Shown: piece after piece, positions 62,445 to 64,000 of the stretch
Position numbering within the stretch: position 1 is the first letter of the stretch
Layout of the letters: every line of letters starts with the position of its first letter
Source of the DNA: Takakia lepidozioides
Lineage: Eukaryota; Plantae; Bryophyta
Reading direction: 5' to 3'
Length of the DNA: 64,000 nt
Assembly: GCA_030704615.1 (NCBI GenBank)
Contig: CM060734.1
Coordinates: 25,916,001-25,980,000, forward strand
Notes under the pieces: generated by a model
Database searches by the model: none
What the model saw: only the letters and a program-made list of their open reading frames with translations
Told to the model about the DNA's origin: nothing
Program-made: the position numbers and the translations under genes

Positions 62445-62890
62445 GAATGGAAATTCGGCGCCGAATATCCATACGCCAGCGATCCGACTTACCTGCTGGA
62501 TGGAAATCCGGCGCCGGATTTCCATCCATCCGCCTCCGAATTACCTGCGTGAGGGAAATTTCGCGCGCCGCCCTACCTGCGCGGATGGAAATCCGGCGCC
62601 GGATTTCCATCCATCCGCCTCTGAATTACCTGCGTGAGGGAAATTTCGCGCGCCGCCCTTCCTGCGCGGATGGAAATCCGGCGCCGGATTTCCATCCATC
62701 CGCTTCTGAATTACCTGCGTGAGGGAAATTTCGCGCGCCGCCCTACCTTGCAGGATGGAAATTCGGCGCTGAATTTCCATCCTGCTGCGCTCTGAATTAC
62801 CTGCAGGATGGAAATCCGGCGCCGGATTTCCATCCTGCAGCGGTCCGAATTACCTCTACGTTGGAAATTCCGGGCCGAGTTCCGTCGTTT
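62445..62890. repeat. Array of 30-bp perfect palindromes GGATGGAAATCCGGCGCCGGATTTCCATCC (85-bp unit)
   Basis: Copies at ~62498, 62583, 62668, 62806 plus TTCGGCGCCGAA variants. Confidence 0.9.
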
Positions 62891-63091
62891 TTCATCCGAC
62901 ATGGAGGGCTTCATCGGACATTTAATTGCGCAGTTGGGCAATAAATGTCCACCGCCGTCCGTTTTCATTCGGGCTGGCGACACATGGCTTCCTGGATACG
63001 TACCCTAAATCTGATGCTAATCTTGGCTTAACATGCTATTCGAGGCATGTACCCCAAAAACGGAGATCTTTTTCCATTTTGGCTAGGACTT

Positions 63092-63268
63092 ATGCCGCCT
63101 GAAGGGCGTGGCTCTCCTGAGAGAGACCTCACATCCAAACCGCGGCGGAAGTTGAAAGCTCTGTACTACGGACGACGGCCAATCTCTCGCATGGCCAAAC
63201 TGAAGCTCCAGCAGGAGATTCCAGTGTCTTGCTCACAACCCGCGCCAACTGAAGCCGAATACTCTCAG
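63092..63268 (+). CDS. Exon 1 of the subfamily B homolog of the ParB-MTase cargo gene
   Basis: MPPEGRGSPERDLTSKPRRKLKALYYGRRPISRMAKLKLQQEIPVS aligns with MLEPERGGVRAPDRRPRRKLRKLYFGRRPMPKGRKQMRLKEEIAIS (18801); same position downstream of the array. Confidence 0.7.
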
Positions 63269-64000
63269 GCAAGCCACTTCTGCTTTCGCTTTGTTCGATT
63301 TTGCTTTTGCTTTCGCTTTGTTGCCTCGCTTTGTTTTTGCATCTTCATCCTGGCTTCGCTGGATGAGTGAACCTTAGATAGTTGAGTGAACCTTAGATTG
63401 TTTGCAATGCGTGTGCAAATCCGGCAGCTCTGGAGAAGGCTGCTTGTGCATGTCATTCTCAGGCAATGGTTGCATTTGTTTTCATTGTTGTTGCATGGCT
63501 CTCCATACTTCCTAAACTTGTTATGTTTTCATTTTTGTTACACGATTATTGCTATGGTGGTTGCGATGCTGGTTTTGGCACCGATGTTGGTTCTCACGAT
63601 TTTGGGAATGACAGAGTGACGACGAGCCTGGCACGCTGGTGGTATCATCGACTGCTGCAACTCATCGCATGTTTGAACCGCCCACCTTGGAGCGAGAGGG
63701 CAAACTTCAACCTTTTGTTGGTGGACGGGAGGACCTGCAGCGAGAGTACGACAGAATAGGCATTGGGGAGGTTGGTGCAGGCCTCATGGCAGGTGAAGGG
63801 CGTGAGGAAGTGAGAACAACAGATCCGGCAATGGAGGTTGTTGATACAGAAGCAGTAGGGCCCGTCCAAGCAAAGAAGAAGAAGAAAACCAAGCACGTGC
63901 AATCCCCGGCGTGAGAGCCGTCACGGGTTGCGAAGGGGGGAGTTCGCAGTGCGCGAGGGTGTCAGTTCGCCTACCTCAAAGGTGGTCGTCCATCCGGGCT

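Larger units (their letters stand above)
61822..64000 (-). mobile_element. MULE subfamily B, copy B2: transposase-less derivative running off the window
   Basis: GAGGTTAGCTATTTCATGAGC terminus; matches 52194-52670 until ~62363, then jumps to a palindrome array and the cargo gene start. Confidence 0.82.

Noticed and set aside
1-64000. Bacterial or phage contamination as source of the ParB/MTase motifs
   Set aside because: The gene has multiple GT-AG introns and lies within a TSD-flanked MULE nested in plant-type gypsy elements.

Overview
Eukaryotic, almost certainly land-plant (probably non-seed plant), transposon-nest DNA with no recognisable host gene. Many homopolymer indels and a 500-N scaffold gap (56512-57011) point to an imperfect long-read assembly. 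Three Ty3/gypsy families are nested in each other: (i) a non-autonomous gag + coiled-coil family ('Gypsy-2'), (ii) a family with 2.1-2.3 kb LTRs on the minus strand ('Gypsy-1', two copies), and (iii) a young chromovirus at 44446-51414 with 724-bp LTRs and a GCTAT TSD. Five copies or fragments of a large Mutator-like (MULE) DNA transposon, in two subfamilies, are inserted into these retroelements. One copy is complete: 11931-27249, 15.3 kb, 9-bp TSD TATTCGTGG. Besides its GCM/WRKY-like-DDE-SWIM transposase, this MULE carries (a) a ~10-exon gene encoding a ParB/Srx-like domain (DGNHRLLA) fused to a beta-class N4C/N6A DNA-methyltransferase fold, (b) long arrays of a ~20-bp palindrome (GAAATGCGGYRCCGCATTTC), phased at ~52 bp in one array and also present singly in introns and spacers, with a different palindrome in the second subfamily, and (c) a head-to-head pair of paralogous unknown genes. 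This is the best candidate for an undescribed system: a possible self-marking or anti-silencing module analogous to VANDAL/VANC but built from ParB and MTase parts. Independently, the Gypsy-1 termini are permuted exactly as expected if the element integrates from a 2-LTR circle cut at a 20-bp palindrome next to the PPT. All domain calls are from motifs read by eye; no searches were run.
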